Shown: in pieces, positions 38,478-51,811 of the stretch
Layout: every line of letters starts with the position of its first letter
How positions within the stretch are numbered: position 1 is the first letter of the stretch
NCBI GenBank assembly: GCA_030704615.1
Contig: CM060733.1
Span: 33,790,001-33,854,000 of the forward strand
Length of the DNA: 64,000 nt
Reading direction: 5' to 3'
Source of the DNA: Takakia lepidozioides
Lineage: Eukaryota; Plantae; Bryophyta
Program-made: the position numbers and the translations under genes
Notes under the pieces: generated by a model
What the model was told of the DNA's origin: nothing
Database searches by the model: none
What the model saw: only the letters and a program-made list of their open reading frames with translations

Positions 38478-39492
38478 CCCTTAAGTGTCCAGGCCCATTT
38501 TCACGACATGATGTGAAAAAATGACCCTGGCCCACTAAATCTTTTTTATCTCCCAAATTTCTAAGTCCCTATAAAAGTGACCGTTGAAGTTATTACCCAT
38601 CTACCCAAAATATGACCTCAAAAAATTGCAGCTGTATCCAATTGCCAAATTAGAAGATTATAATATGCAGATGTGCCCCAAACAGAATCTTTCCTAAAAA
38701 TGAAGAGCGTAAAAAACCAAGAAATTTACCAAAATTGGGAAATGTTTTCCTTGGATGATATGAGAGTCTTGGGAATTGTGTACCTCACTTGATGTCACAC
38801 CTTCCCTGAAATTTTTGTTTGTTTCTGACTTTGTTTTGTGTGGGCTGCTTTGTACTCACAAATTGAGGGCTCTCAAAACCCAATTTGAAGCGGGCAGACC
38901 AAAATTTGAGCTTCAAAAATTAGCTAGGACACATCTACAGTCCAATTCTTAATCGCTCTGGTCCATGTCATCATTGCATGCAAATGTTGTTGTAGAAAAA
39001 AATTCAATCCAAGTGGGAAATGTTTTAGGCTATTTTCGGGCCCTGCCCGGTAATTCCCAGCCCAACCTACATTTTGGCCTGCAGCCCTACCGTATTTCCT
39101 ACTGTAGCCCTTATACCTAGTGGGTTGTGAGACCATTTCACCACTCCTTTGCCTCCGGTGGCTGTCGCACATTCATGGGGCTTTGGGATGTGTGTGGGCC
39201 CGCCGTTCTTAGGGTGGAAACCCTTCCCCTAGTCTGACTGTGGTTGCCATGTAAGCCACTCGGGTAAGATGATTCAGCAAAAATATGTCAAAAGAGCTGA
39301 GTTAGCCCCAAATTGGGGGGTCTTACTCCATGTATATATATTTTTTTGAAGTTTAGGCAATACCATTATGTGTAAGAGTTTTTTTCCTGTCTAATGAGCC
39401 TAATTTGACTCAAATCAGAGTTAACCCCAATAAGAACTGGATGGCTAAAGAAACCTAACCAACCCAAAACGGGTCGGTTTGACACTTAAGGG
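38478..39492. mobile_element. piggyBac-like non-autonomous element (family 1)
   Basis: TTAA at 38474-38477 and 39493-39496; perfect 12-bp TIR CCCTTAAGTGTC. Removing the element restores the match to the other palindrome arm (empty site tagtat-ttaa-catc vs tagtat-ttca-catc). Confidence 0.88.
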
Positions 39493-41803
39493 TTAACATC
39501 TGAAAAACCGCCGAGAAGGAAAAAAAGAAAGACCTAAAATGAAAGACTTTTGTTTTGGACCATTGATATTCGGCAAAGTGTGGAGCAATCTTATGAAACC
39601 TCATGCACCCACAGCAGAAATAGGCATGGGCCGGCCATAACTTCAGTGAGGAAAACTGAAAGTCTATTTGGGCTAAGTAGCATTTGGCTTAAAAATAAAG
39701 CAACAAATGCATGGAATACTTGAATGTCCTATTCTATTGTAATTACTTGTAAAGTGATTAACATAATCTATAAGTTTAAATGCTAAGTAAATAGGTTTGA
39801 AATACTCAAGAGAGAGAGTCATCGTGAGTTCTGCTGGTTCTGATAAAGAGTCACCAAGGGATGATGGAAGTGGAATGATCTAGTTTGCAGCCTCACCAGT
39901 GCGAGCCCTTGCCTTTGACAAATGTGATTAATACATAGCATGAGGTTGGGTAGCAAGTAAGCAAGCTCATGCTTCCGTGCGCGTGCTCAGTGACCACAAG
40001 CCACGCAAAGGTGGGGCATAAGGAATTTCCCGTTAGCGCCATCTCCATCAACATTTTTCGTTGATTAATAATTCCATGTTTAATCATGTGCAAGTGACAC
40101 TCGTAGCAATTAGTAATATGCGAAACTAGACACAATTTATTCTGTTTCGCCCGCGAAAGCGTGGGTATGACCTACTGCAATAAACACGTAACAATTCGGT
40201 AGCGCAATAAAACAACCTCATGTCGTCCGAAAGATTTTAAATCTTTAAATCCTTAAAGCTCTAGCCTGGAGGATTTTTGGGATCCCAAATTTGGGCCCCA
40301 ACCGTCAAGTTGACTGTCAACCTGGCAGATAATGTACTCAATGCAAAGTGGGCCGTGTGCTAGCCTAAAAATCTTGCCAAAAAGTCCACCGGTTTCAGGC
40401 AAGATTTATTTTCAACATAAATGATGATCTACACTTGTTGTTTGCTTGAACCTCATAAATTTCTAGGAGCATGATCAGCAGTAGGGTTTTTTGACATTCT
40501 ATTTTCAAAATAGCGCGGCCGCCAATTTCGGACGGATCGCCTGTCCCCAGCAGTGCATTCTCATACTTCAAAATAGTGACCCTCACCAGAGTTCGTCCCA
40601 CTTCCACACTATCTACGACACACGCTTGGAGAGTGACATTCTCCATCACAACAGGATCCGCTGCCCATGACAACAACTCCGAAATGGACGGGGAGTCTCT
40701 TCTTGAACGGCCTGAGTTGGCGGGGCCCGCAGTCAGCAATCTGCCACCTCAACCTCGCGCCTCACCATATGCCTCACTAAAATAGTGATAAAATGTCAGT
40801 TTAGTGAGCGACTGTTGGTCATGGTCTAAGCACCTCCCTTTTTATGCCACGGAGTTGCAAAGATCTCACCAAAGGCATTTCCAAAATTGACAAATTTTAT
40901 GTGTTTTGTGTGCATGGAGGTCTCCATTTTCAAGCTTTCAGCTATGGAGTCTTCCTTTGCCCTGTGAGCAGGGGGGCCCCGCGCATCCAAAAAGTGCTTG
41001 GATCCTCCACTGCCATCTTCACACTTGTCCACTGCTTACACGCAGTCCCACATTCTCATTGACTGTTGCACCATTCACTCTTTAATTTGTATGAACTTTA
41101 GAGACGGCCTTTCTCTAGAGAGGTAAGCAAGCGCGGTCAAATATGTTCGACATATTTCCCATAATGTTTGCACCGGTTTTCATGTGAATGAATGGCCTTG
41201 GTCGGGCCACGGGTGTGCCAGACATATGGACGGTACGAGGTGGCTTCGCTTGCCCGTGTTTTGGATTACTGGGACGGTTCGCGGATGTGCTCGATGTGCC
41301 ATGGCCTTCATCATTACGGGGAAATTGTTACTTGGCGCGATTCATTTTCAACCTATCAAATTGAAAAGCCGTGGAAAAAATATCTCTGGAGCTGCTGCGA
41401 AGTTCTTGGTAGGAATGCTACAAATGCTGCAGATTTGAACAGCATTTGTCAGGGGAATGTGTGCTTTGAGGTCTCCAACTCGTATCTTGCAAGCTTTGAA
41501 ATCAAGTGTTCATGTGTATTAGAATACGATTTGTAGTTGATATTTTTTGTGTACTGAAGCTTATTTGGAACAACGAGTGACCGGAAGGAGTGCTTCCATG
41601 TATTAGAGAGTGATTGTTATCTGGCCAATTCTTGTTTGCAGCATCTGGGAAAGCGTTGCACGTGCGTTTTCGCAATCTCCACATTCGAACCTCGGTTTAC
41701 CGAACTCGATTGTTAATTTCTTTTTCTGCAAATAGAGCAGTTCAAACGGTGTTGGTAAAAGATTCGTACTGAGTACACTCTTGGACTCTATATAGCGGCG
41801 GTC

Positions 41804-43292
41804 ATGACGAAGGTGCTGGATGACAACTATTTGGCCATCACTGCCATAGTCACTGTATGTTGTACTCCCCCGCCTAGATCTTTACATTTTTTCTTGATCT
41901 TTTTATCGCTCGCGAGCAATGCAGATGCTGTTTCCGAGTTGAAGAGCGACACTGGGGTTGGACGAATTTTGGTGTACATGCACGTAGATGGCTTAGTGAA
42001 CAGACTTTGAGCTGAGGCTTTCTGTGTATGGGTGGACTAAATTGCTTCTGGTTTGCTTATCCCAAGGGGGCCATTCGAACGTAAAATTTGGAAGAAAGAT
42101 AGGAGTAAAGCTTAGTCTTTGATGACGTTATAGCTCTAGTAATTTGGCGTCAAGAAATCAAAGTGTTTAACGTGGCGTAATCTTGCAAGTATCTCGGCAA
42201 ATAAGCCCGATGCCATGTGGAAGTCCAATGTGCATAAAGACTTTGTAATATGTAAACATTTTCTTGTGCCAAAAGATTTGGCGCATTAATTTTGATTTAG
42301 TTATGTGAACTCAAACTGCTATAATGAGCCCGATGTGCAATGCACCCCACATTGCTGCTACTTGTATTCTATGCCTGTCATTCGGGTGTGGTTGTTAGGC
42401 ACAGTGGCAATGAGCCCTGCATTACAGCACAATGTGTAGTCCTATTCATTTTTTCTGTGTGGGATTGTGTTGTGATTGGGTTGGTTTGTTTTTTATTTGG
42501 AAGCTTTCATCATGATATGATTGTGAATGGATGTAGCTGACCTGGGGCTGTGATGGATTGCAGCTGCTGTACCAGTTCACTTTCTTCATTATTGCTGCCA
42601 CATGCCGGTTTGACAAGGTTACCGATTTTGCAGGTAAGTTTTGCTGTTGCCTCAGTGCTTCTTTGCCTGACTTTGACCTTCATTTTGAAGTTCAGGTGGA
42701 ATCTTACCACCTAATCATATAGCGGAATATCTAATCAGGGTAAACCAAAGATTAAGATGCTTCTGCAGTTGAAGATGTTCTTCACAAGTGTGGGTAACAA
42801 GACTGGTGCCTGGGGGGGGCAGGTGGCACTAACTTCGTGATTCTTGCATTGCTCACATTCCTCCTCAAAGGCTCCTGGCACTTCCGTCAAGTACATTACT
42901 CTTACCTCCTATAGAACTCAGTTTTTCATCTCTTTGACCTCTACTTGGGATGTTTTCATTCTATTCCTCTTCTTCTCTTGTCTTCTCAAAGGTTGCTTCT
43001 TGTTTCACCCTATATTCTCTTTGCTTGGAATGTGTTTTTTTGCCCAAAGCTTCCTGCGGATGTTGTAAGGTTTCTCTCCTTTCTTCTTCTCTCTTCTTTA
43101 ATTGAAAATGATGAATCTAGAGAGATATTGCAGCCATTTGTTGGCACAACATCTCAAACCTGAAACGGTCAAAATGATCACCTCCACTTGCTGGATATGA
43201 AGGAAAGGCTGTGTGTTGTTTGCAGATAGTGCTCACCACATTTGTGATCGTGTGGGGGATTCGTTTGGCCATCTTCCTGCTCCTTAGGTACA

Positions 43293-43324
<32 letters not shown>

Positions 43325-46019
43325 GACATGAGAAAGTTATTTTCCCCAGGGCCCTGGTGGCCCTCTGTGGACGTTATAAAGCTACATTGTTTCTTATTTC
43401 TTTTTCTCCCTCTCTCTTGCAAACAAGTCTGTTTCGCCCAAACTGGGCATGGGGTCTATGAGTACATCTCTTGCGAGCAAGCTTACTTCTCTAAAACTTT
43501 TGCTTTTGTAGCGCTTATTTTGATGAATTTTTGTGTCTTATAGACCAGTAGTAATACATCTGCTAAAGGGATAATGAATACATTGTTGAGACATGAGTCT
43601 ATTTATTTTGTATCATATGTGGAAATGAGAGTATTTAAATAATTAATTGGAGCAGATGTGGGACAGAAATCGTTACAGCAGTAGTGTTACCCCACAAGAT
43701 GTTTTGTAGTACAAGCTCCAATTTTCTCACAACTTGGCCAATAGGCATTCCTCTCACGTCTTCAAGCACAGGTAAACGATTAATTGTAATCATAATGCAA
43801 GTGTGTGTATTCTGAAGGAATGTGGTGTGCTGCCAAAAGCAGGATACTGGCATGGGGTGAAGACAAGCGCTTCGATGACAAGCGAGACAATCTGGTGAAG
43901 TTTGCAGCATTTTGGCTCATACAGGTGTGTGCTATTTCTTCTTATCCTCCCATTTGTCTCTATTCCAGAAGTGGTGATAGGTGATGTACCTCCTTCTGAG
44001 GTATACGTCAGAGATCAGCTGGGCCCAAGTCATGACTGGATTCCATGTTGTTTGAAAGACAAGTTCCAAATTGAAACAGGGGAGTATGTAGTATCTTGAG
44101 TACTACCCGTATCATTAGCCATCTTCTAAGATGACTACTGTAACAACTCATGCACATACGTCAAGGCGAATGCATCAATCTGTAGTTGGTAATTATTTCT
44201 CTGACTAACCAACTCTTTCCATATTTGAGTTGTCAAGAAAAGGAAGTAACTATGGGTAAGGGGATCTTCATGCATACAGTACACTTGCTCATTGTGCATT
44301 GATGACGGTAGCTCGCACATGAGGTCGTTATGATTGACTCACATGATGGTGTCATTTCAGATGTGATATTGTTGTGATCAAAATCTGCTTGATGTTGGCT
44401 GATGTAGGCAGTGTGGGTTTGGACTGTCAGCCTGCCTGTGACAGTAGCTAATGCCAGCAATCACCAGCCGGGTGTACGAGTGGCGGATGTAGTGGGCTGG
44501 GTTCTGTGGGCAATGGGTTTGTCCATTGAAGCTATTGCAGATCAGCAGAAGCTTAACACGAAGAAAGATCCGAGAACCAAGAGCCGATGGTGTGATGTCG
44601 GTGTGTGGAATTGGTCAAGGCATCCTAATTATTTTGGGGAGGTAAAGTTCACGGACCCACAGGATTTATCGTTGCCTCAAAGGAGAGGCATCTTGACTCT
44701 GTTGAATATTCTAGTTCCATTGCCGGTGACCAGTTGCAGGTTTTAATGTTGTCAATAAAGTGGTGATGTGAATATCTCCTTTTTTCAGATTTTCTGATCT
44801 GTCATGAAAACAAGTCTGTGGACCACAATCTAAATGCATTATAGCTTTGTCAGCACACAATCACCCCACACCATTTGGTTTTTGATGTGGCTGAGAGCAC
44901 TTTGAGGGCAAATCCTCTGCAAACTCAGAAGTTTGACACAACACCCGTGCTGTTAACAGTACGTTCTTGGATGATACCTAGGCATGCATCATCTGGTGGC
45001 ATTTGCAGTATTGGAAAGTTTGCTGATTTCGTAGAAACATGCATCAGGCAAGTAAACATGAACATGTTCATGCCTGGCAGATTTTATTATGGTGGGGAGT
45101 ATTTGTCGCTGCCACGCCGGCCCTACAAGGTGGTCAGTGGGCTGTCATCGCTGGCCCCATCTTTATCACAGTGCTTCTCCTTTTTGTCAGTGGAATGCCC
45201 TTGCTTGAGGTATCACTGCCCTTCCTCCGTCCACTTCCCCCTCTCCACATTAGAGACTCAGTAGAGGTTTAGAGAGTATGTTGTTTGTGCTGGGGCTGGT
45301 TGTGGGGACCTGTGTGTTGTGTTATCTGCTACTGACAAGCACTCTCAACTTCCTGTGGACATTATAACGTGTCGTAGTTGCATTTTTCTTTCTCTTACCA
45401 TGCACACACCCACATAAACTCTTTGCAATTGGGCATCCACACGCTATCAGGCCTGAATGATTCAAATTTTCTTTACGTGTGTACCCTCACATGCAAGTAG
45501 GTGAATGTCCTTATTTTGGTTTCCTTGATAGTGATGGCTCATGTCTGGGATGCAGGCATCTGCTGATAAAAAACATGGTAGCAACTTGGAGTATCGAAAT
45601 TACAAGAACAGAACAAGGTAATAGATCAGCCCATGCTTTAATGTGTCTTGCTTGCCTTATCCCAACGGACTGAAGGACCTTTTCTTAGTTGGGAAACCTT
45701 GTTTTCTCTCTCCAGAATTAATTCACAAGACAGTGGGTGTACCTTTCTCTGGTTGCTTATGAAATGTACTTATAAGACTTTGTTGGCCGTAGCCTCTGGT
45801 TGCTTGTGTGATAGCAATAACTACAAAGTATTAGTTTTTCACATGTTGTCAGCATTGTACATTGTGTGCAGCCCTTTGATCCCTCTGCCTCCTGCCTTGT
45901 ATGGGAGCCTACCAAGTTGGGTGAAGTTAGCATTCCTGTTCGAGTTGCCCTTGTACAACACGACACAGGGCGCTGGTGAGCAGCAGTTGCATCCTCAAGA
46001 CTCATCTGAGAGTGTCTGA
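41804..46019 (+). CDS. DUF1295 family membrane protein (3-oxo-5-alpha-steroid 4-dehydrogenase-like), 9 exons, ~301 aa
   Basis: Exons 41804-41854, 42564-42633, 42823-42890, 43226-43287, 43843-43924, 44408-44641, 45081-45209, 45556-45617, 45872-46019 (906 nt). Motifs FDKVTDFAGGTNF, WGIRLAIFLL, WGEDKRFD, EAIADQQK, WNWSRHPNYFGEILLWWG, SGMPLLE, TSPLIPLPP. Confidence 0.94.
43293..43320. repeat. (CT)14 microsatellite
   Basis: Seen directly, 5 nt after the intron-4 donor of the DUF1295 gene. Confidence 0.95.
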
Positions 46020-47888
46020 CCATCATGCTCATTTAGTCATTGCAGACTACGGCATGAAACTCAATCTACGTCTTTTCTTACTCACTTCATTCAATCTTTG
46101 ATTCAATTTATATAGTACAGCGTGTGCCCATTCAGTTTTTTCCATCTGCTGACTGATGTGAGACTGAATCTGACTAGAGCCCTTCTTGTTGCCATGAGCG
46201 GTCATCTTTGCAAGTGGCTAGGCTCTTGGCCTTATAATAAAGCAGAATTTGACTTGGCAGGTTAATGCAGGAGGTTGTCTGATGAAGCCCTCGATCCTCA
46301 TCATGGTTGCTCCAAGTGAGATAATGTTGATGGTGACCCCTCAATGTGTGAATGTGTGCACTTCTGTATGTAATCAGCATTTTCTTGTCATAACGAGTAT
46401 CCCGTCCAAGTGGAAAGCAGAACATCAAGTATAGGGGGGAGCTGTTATTCCATCCCCCCATATTAGTAAGACAAGTTGCCAACCAGCATGATTGCTCTAC
46501 ACTCATGACAGCTAGCAAAGTAGAGCATACATGGGTAATACACTGTTCTCTTCTTCATTTCAGGCAGATGGTTTCATGACCTGGTTATAACTGTGCATCT
46601 GCAAGCGGTTGACTGGCATCCGTCATCAATCCGCAGTTGAGGGGGCTGTCTGACTGGCCAGGAGAGTATCGTGCCTCCACTCAAGGTTGAACATTCAGGC
46701 CAGCGCAGATGGGAACCATAGCCACCCACCGCAAACAACACCACTACCTTCACTGCAAGAATTCCAAAGCTGCCTCTCTGCCTGAATTCATCATCCTCTC
46801 AAGGTCTTCCTTTTCATAAACTCCTGTTCGAGGCGAGTTTGGCATAGCACGGAGCTCTCGACGTAAGTGGGATGGTGGGGTCAGTTGTATCGCATCGTGA
46901 TACCGGTCTATTTCTAGGAAGCAAGAATATTGTGCAGACAGGTAAGGCGATGTCGGCACGCAAAATGTCCCGACAAAACGAAGCTAAACACAAAACTTAC
47001 CTGAACTTGTTTGCAGTGGGTGAGGCCGTGAGGACCTCTGAAGGACGCCTCTGAATTTTACGACGTGGCCACACAAAACTCAGAGGTCAGCACTATACTT
47101 AAATGTAAGCTGTCGGCAGGGAGTATACCTTTGAACACATGCAAGAGAAACAACGTCTCATTAGTACATTCTCTTGGGGACCATTGGCTTGCTTAGTACT
47201 AAGACAACTGGCTTGCTTAGTTGTAAGATTGGATGGAGTATGGGTGGATATGAGTGTCTCTATCCGGAATGTAACGCCAGATAGGGAATCAGCTTCAATG
47301 GAGTGGTATACCTGTCTCTCTAGTCAAAGTTAAGGGTCATTTACAAGTAGCATTGAGACATTCAATTTTGGTTTCAGTTTTGTTTAACTCTCTCCCTTCT
47401 TGCCGATGGTTTGTAGGTTAGTAAATCCACTAACTCTCCAGTGTTTTTCCAATAAAATCAGCTGCCATTGTCATTGCCCACCCACCCACTGGAAACCTCT
47501 AGATCATCTGCACACACACAGAAACAGAGGTGGACGAATGCAGAAAAAAATGGTTGAACAACAGAATGTTGTGTTTTACAGAAACTATCTCAAATATACC
47601 GGGACCAATGTGTGATATAAAGTGTACCCCCCTGCAATCTAAGCCTGCACTTCTACTAGAGTGCATGGCTTATGTTCTGAGGTATCTCTTGACCTTCCTC
47701 AATTCAATTATCGCTTACAATATGACCTCGTCGTCGTAACAGCACCCACTCGTGCTGTTGCCTCATCCAAGAATGTCTCCACTCAATGTACAAATGTCTG
47801 CTAAGCAGATCATTGGAATAATGTATAGACCTCAAAATAATGGGCTCAACTGTTCTTGATAACTACACAAACTACAGAAAGTAAACTT

Positions 47889-50800
47889 TCAAAGACCCAG
47901 AGGAGAATTGGAAGGTTGTGAATCTGTGGATAGATCGATGATGTTGGTGGTGACAGAAATCACGCTTGACAACACAGCCAATATCACCATCACCCATGCC
48001 TCCCACTTATCTCTTGAGGATGCCATACCTGGGTTATCTCTGCACCCACACAGACAGATCATTGTTAGTCCCCTACCCATGAGCAGTCAAATTGTGGGGA
48101 GAAGGAGATGGAATAGAAGATAAATTCACAGCCACCTAGCGCTTACACAGCGGCCAGTGCTCCAGCGTTGCAGAATTCTTGTAGTCTGATATCAGGCGCT
48201 CAAAGAATGCACAGTTTGCCAAAGCAGTGCGATTACCTGAGAACTATCATTGCAGGGAAGATGAAGCCAAGGCAGACGGTGGCAGTAGCTCCCGTGAATT
48301 GGAAAGCAGCCCAGATGTTGGGCACCAGTGTTGAGCCAAAGAAAATGACTCCCACCAGGACCCCTGTGATGAGGAGGAAACGCTGCGTGTCTTGCGCTAG
48401 TGGTGGGAATCTTGGGAAAAGGAGGGCATCCAAATTCAGGCGCAATGAGAAATGTAAGAGTGGGAACACCAACATAATGTGCACTGCGTAGCTGATCCGT
48501 ATTATGATGGTGAGCACGTGAGAATAGGGCACTCCCAGATCGACATCAAAGTTGGAAAGGATATCATCGCTGATGGTATCACCAAAGAGAAGGTAACCAA
48601 AAAAAGCGGTGCACAGATATATGGAGCTGCATAGTACCAAGGAAGAGCGCACTACTCGCAGCATCTTGGCCTCGGAGGTCTCAGAAGGTCCCTCCAACTC
48701 GTTGGCAATAGGATGCACTGCAGCCCACAATTTTCCGATTTTGATTTAAGTTGTGACCAGCATTGTTATGAAGCAAACCTATCAGCTACACACAAGTTTG
48801 CCTGTCTCTTCACAGCTTGAGGACACGGTAAGCATTTGCAGAATCCAAGCAGACACCCTGCATGTTGCCTTACATCATGACAATTACAGTCTCTAAAGGG
48901 ATACCCTGAGACAGGTATTTGTTGAAACAAAAAAATCTCTCTTTCTCTCTGGCACTTGCTCACTCCAGTAAAATTCTGTGCATGTAGGCTATGACCCTCT
49001 TTCCGAAAAAAGAATCGCTGCAACTACCCCCAACTGGACCACATACAGCAGAAGACCCCCACATGCATCAAAGCCTATATGACTTTTGAGTGGCCAACTA
49101 CATGCAGACTGGACCAACCAACTAAAGAGCTCAAAATAGAATTGACATTTCCTGCAAATGGTGCATGTGACATACTCCCTGAGCCGGTTTTGGAATTTCA
49201 GCGCACCAGGGTGTGTGTGGGTGTGAGAGAAAGAGGATATACTCGAGAAGGTGTTTGAAGTTTTCTTCTTATTGTTGTTTCCATGCTTTGCTTTTGGCTG
49301 TTGGCCATCTCGAATGTTGAAGCTTGGGCATTTCCGAGGCCTTTGCCGTTTTTTGTTGCCCTCACAGCTTATAGCCCTTTGTAGCTTGCCTAGGCTTGTG
49401 AAGGGGTTCCAATCAGCTTGGTAAAGTGTTATATGAAGAGGTTTTCAAATGAAGTTGATCTGGGGTCTGTCGGCGAGCCAGGGACAGAAATAGAAAGGGT
49501 ACAAGGGACAGAAATAGCCCAACAAGGAAATATAGGAGGACGGGAAGATACTTCACAATGAGAGAGACAGAAAGAGACCATTGTGCTGACAGATGTAGGC
49601 TGTCACCATGACAGGGATCACAGTGAAGAGGCGCCAAAAGGACCCTCCATCATGGACGTCTGGAGTCAGCCTGGGCATTGGTATTTGTCCAGCAAACAAT
49701 TTCTGAAGGGTCACCCCCACAGTGATCACCACAAATACCACAGCCAAAGCCACTGACAATGCTGATGTCCATTTCAATGAATCTGTCCCAATGCCAGCCA
49801 ACATACCACTTTCAACCATATCAACAATCTGCACGGAAGCACACATGAGCCTTGGCTAGTCAGATTTGATGGACATTCCTCCAGTGAACGGTTGGATGTT
49901 TGGCTCTATCATAGGTTTTCCTGGTTATTAGTATTATTTGGATTAGTAGATGTATCAACCCAACAATGCTCAAACTGACGAAGAGGTGGAGACATTCCTA
50001 GAACAGTTTGCTCATGTACCAACGCAAGATCAACATTCTAGAGGTAGGCAGACACACTGCCTTCATTCCCAACCACCTGTTTACTATGGGTTCCTCAATT
50101 TCAGCCATAAGTTCATCGTCCACAACAGATCTGTAGGATTGTCTTATTCAGGCAGCAGTTGAAGTTGACCATTTAGGTCCATTGTCCACATGGCCGCATA
50201 GTAGAGAAAGAGGAAAGAAATGTGTTACATCCCTGGAGGCCCAAATGACCTAGAACTACTTTGGCACACTGATAGAATAGAATCAAAGGACCACAGTGAG
50301 AGAGAGAGAGAGAGAGAGAGACATTCTACCACATTTAAGAAGGGATATAAAGAAGGCTTACCAACATGCCTAAATAGCACGAGGGGGAGGAGGATGAAGA
50401 AAGTGGTGGCAAACAGAACGACAACGCGATGGTTCCACCAGGTTGGACCGCCTGCCCATTCCTCAAAGACACCCGTGTGATGGGCCTCTGCCCCCCCACT
50501 TCCTGATAGCACATCACCTGCCAAATTCACCAACAGATTTCCTTACAAGGAAGATATGTCCTCTTAGAAAAAATTAGCAATCCCCTACGATATATAAGGA
50601 AGACTCAAGTTGGCTCTATCTTCAATTGGAGGACAATAACATGTCACATAGCAAGCTAAGAAAGAATTAACCAGGTAATTACTGTCCATACAATCAGGTC
50701 AACCAACTTGGTACAAATCTTAGAAACATCTAGTGCGCCAAATCAAATCCTACATATTACCACAAGACCAGTCTTGTAAGAAGAAAATAGCAGGTGCTAC

Positions 50801-51811
50801 ATTCTTCTTAAGTACTTCTGAATGTAATGTTTTCTCAACTTTCCAAGTTCAACTCTCCTGCTGGAGTCCAATCCAACCTTTTCTTTGGAAATGATTTAAC
50901 ATTGCTCAAAGGCGCAGTTGGCCACCAGCACTCTAGCTTTAATACTGTTCCAAGTGAGAGCACTCCCCACAATGTCGTCTGTTAATCAATAAGTCTCTAA
51001 ATGGTAAAAGGAAGCTTAGGAACTCATATGAGCCCACATTACCAGATGAAGGATTATACTAGCTGCGCACAAGGTGAAGTAAAGAAAAATCGCGGTTTGG
51101 TTTTCAATCTTCCAGTATCCAAGAGAAGCCAACCGCAAGGAATGTTCTGATCTAATGCAGAATGCCAATACTTAGATTTTCAGAAAGGAGGAGGTATGGG
51201 GAATAAACCGAGCAATCACATTGGACAAAACTGGGCCCTAATCAATACCCATCAAGGAAAAATATGTACTCTGGCAACCATCCATCTTTGCCTTCCCTGC
51301 CTTCATTTATCCATCAGCCTGACACACAAATCTGTGCAACAAGTACCAATATGTACTGAGTGTTACCAATGATGATCATGTAGACAATAAGAACGCCGAA
51401 ATTATTGATGATGATGCAGAGCTGGAGCACCATGCGGCCCACCTCGCCGAATGCGTCAGCCATCAACCCACCATAGGATCGGGCCTTGCATGGTCTCGAA
51501 TACCTCAAAAGAATCTGGATGGAATTTTCACTGAGGAAGCCAATGACCACGATTGTAAGTAGACCTAGGGGCAAACCAAGCAACTTCATGGTGGCCGGTA
51601 AGGCCATGATGCCGGCACCCACGATGGTTGTCGACAGATTGAACACTGCACTCGGCACGGACGCCCCATGGTAATCCTCGTAGGCTTCTTCCAAATCCTG
51701 CCGCTTGGTCGGTAGCAGGGGCGTTCGATCATTCTGCGTTTCTGGTGACTCCAAACTACCTGAGGGCACCTGGTGTAGTTGCTCGTGCAGAGGCTCCAGC
51801 ACTGCTGCCAT
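47889..51811 (-). CDS. AVT6: Amino acid transporter, AAAP/Aa_trans family (AVT6-like), 5 exons, ~478 aa
   Basis: Exons 51367-51811, 50362-50517, 49579-49782, 48237-48717, 47889-48039 (1437 nt). Motifs AVFNLSTTIVGAGIMALPA, YMIIIGDVLSG, DSLKWTSALSV, VTAYICQHNVHPI, FGYLLFGD, FQFTGATA. Confidence 0.94.
50298..50321. repeat. (GA)12 microsatellite
   Basis: Seen directly in AVT6 intron 2. Confidence 0.95.

Larger units (their letters stand above)
37116..39564. repeat. Large imperfect palindrome (foldback), axis ~37818, with SINE and piggyBac-like insertions
   Basis: 37461-37804 is the reverse complement of 37832-38253; 37241-37304 pairs with 38240-38430; 37116-37240 pairs with 38441-38477 + 39497-39564. 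Confidence 0.93.

Noticed and set aside
40148-40178. Helitron 3' terminus
   Set aside because: A GC hairpin (cccgcgaaagcgtggg) is present but is followed by CTAC rather than CTRR, and no 5' end or Rep/Hel sequence was identified.
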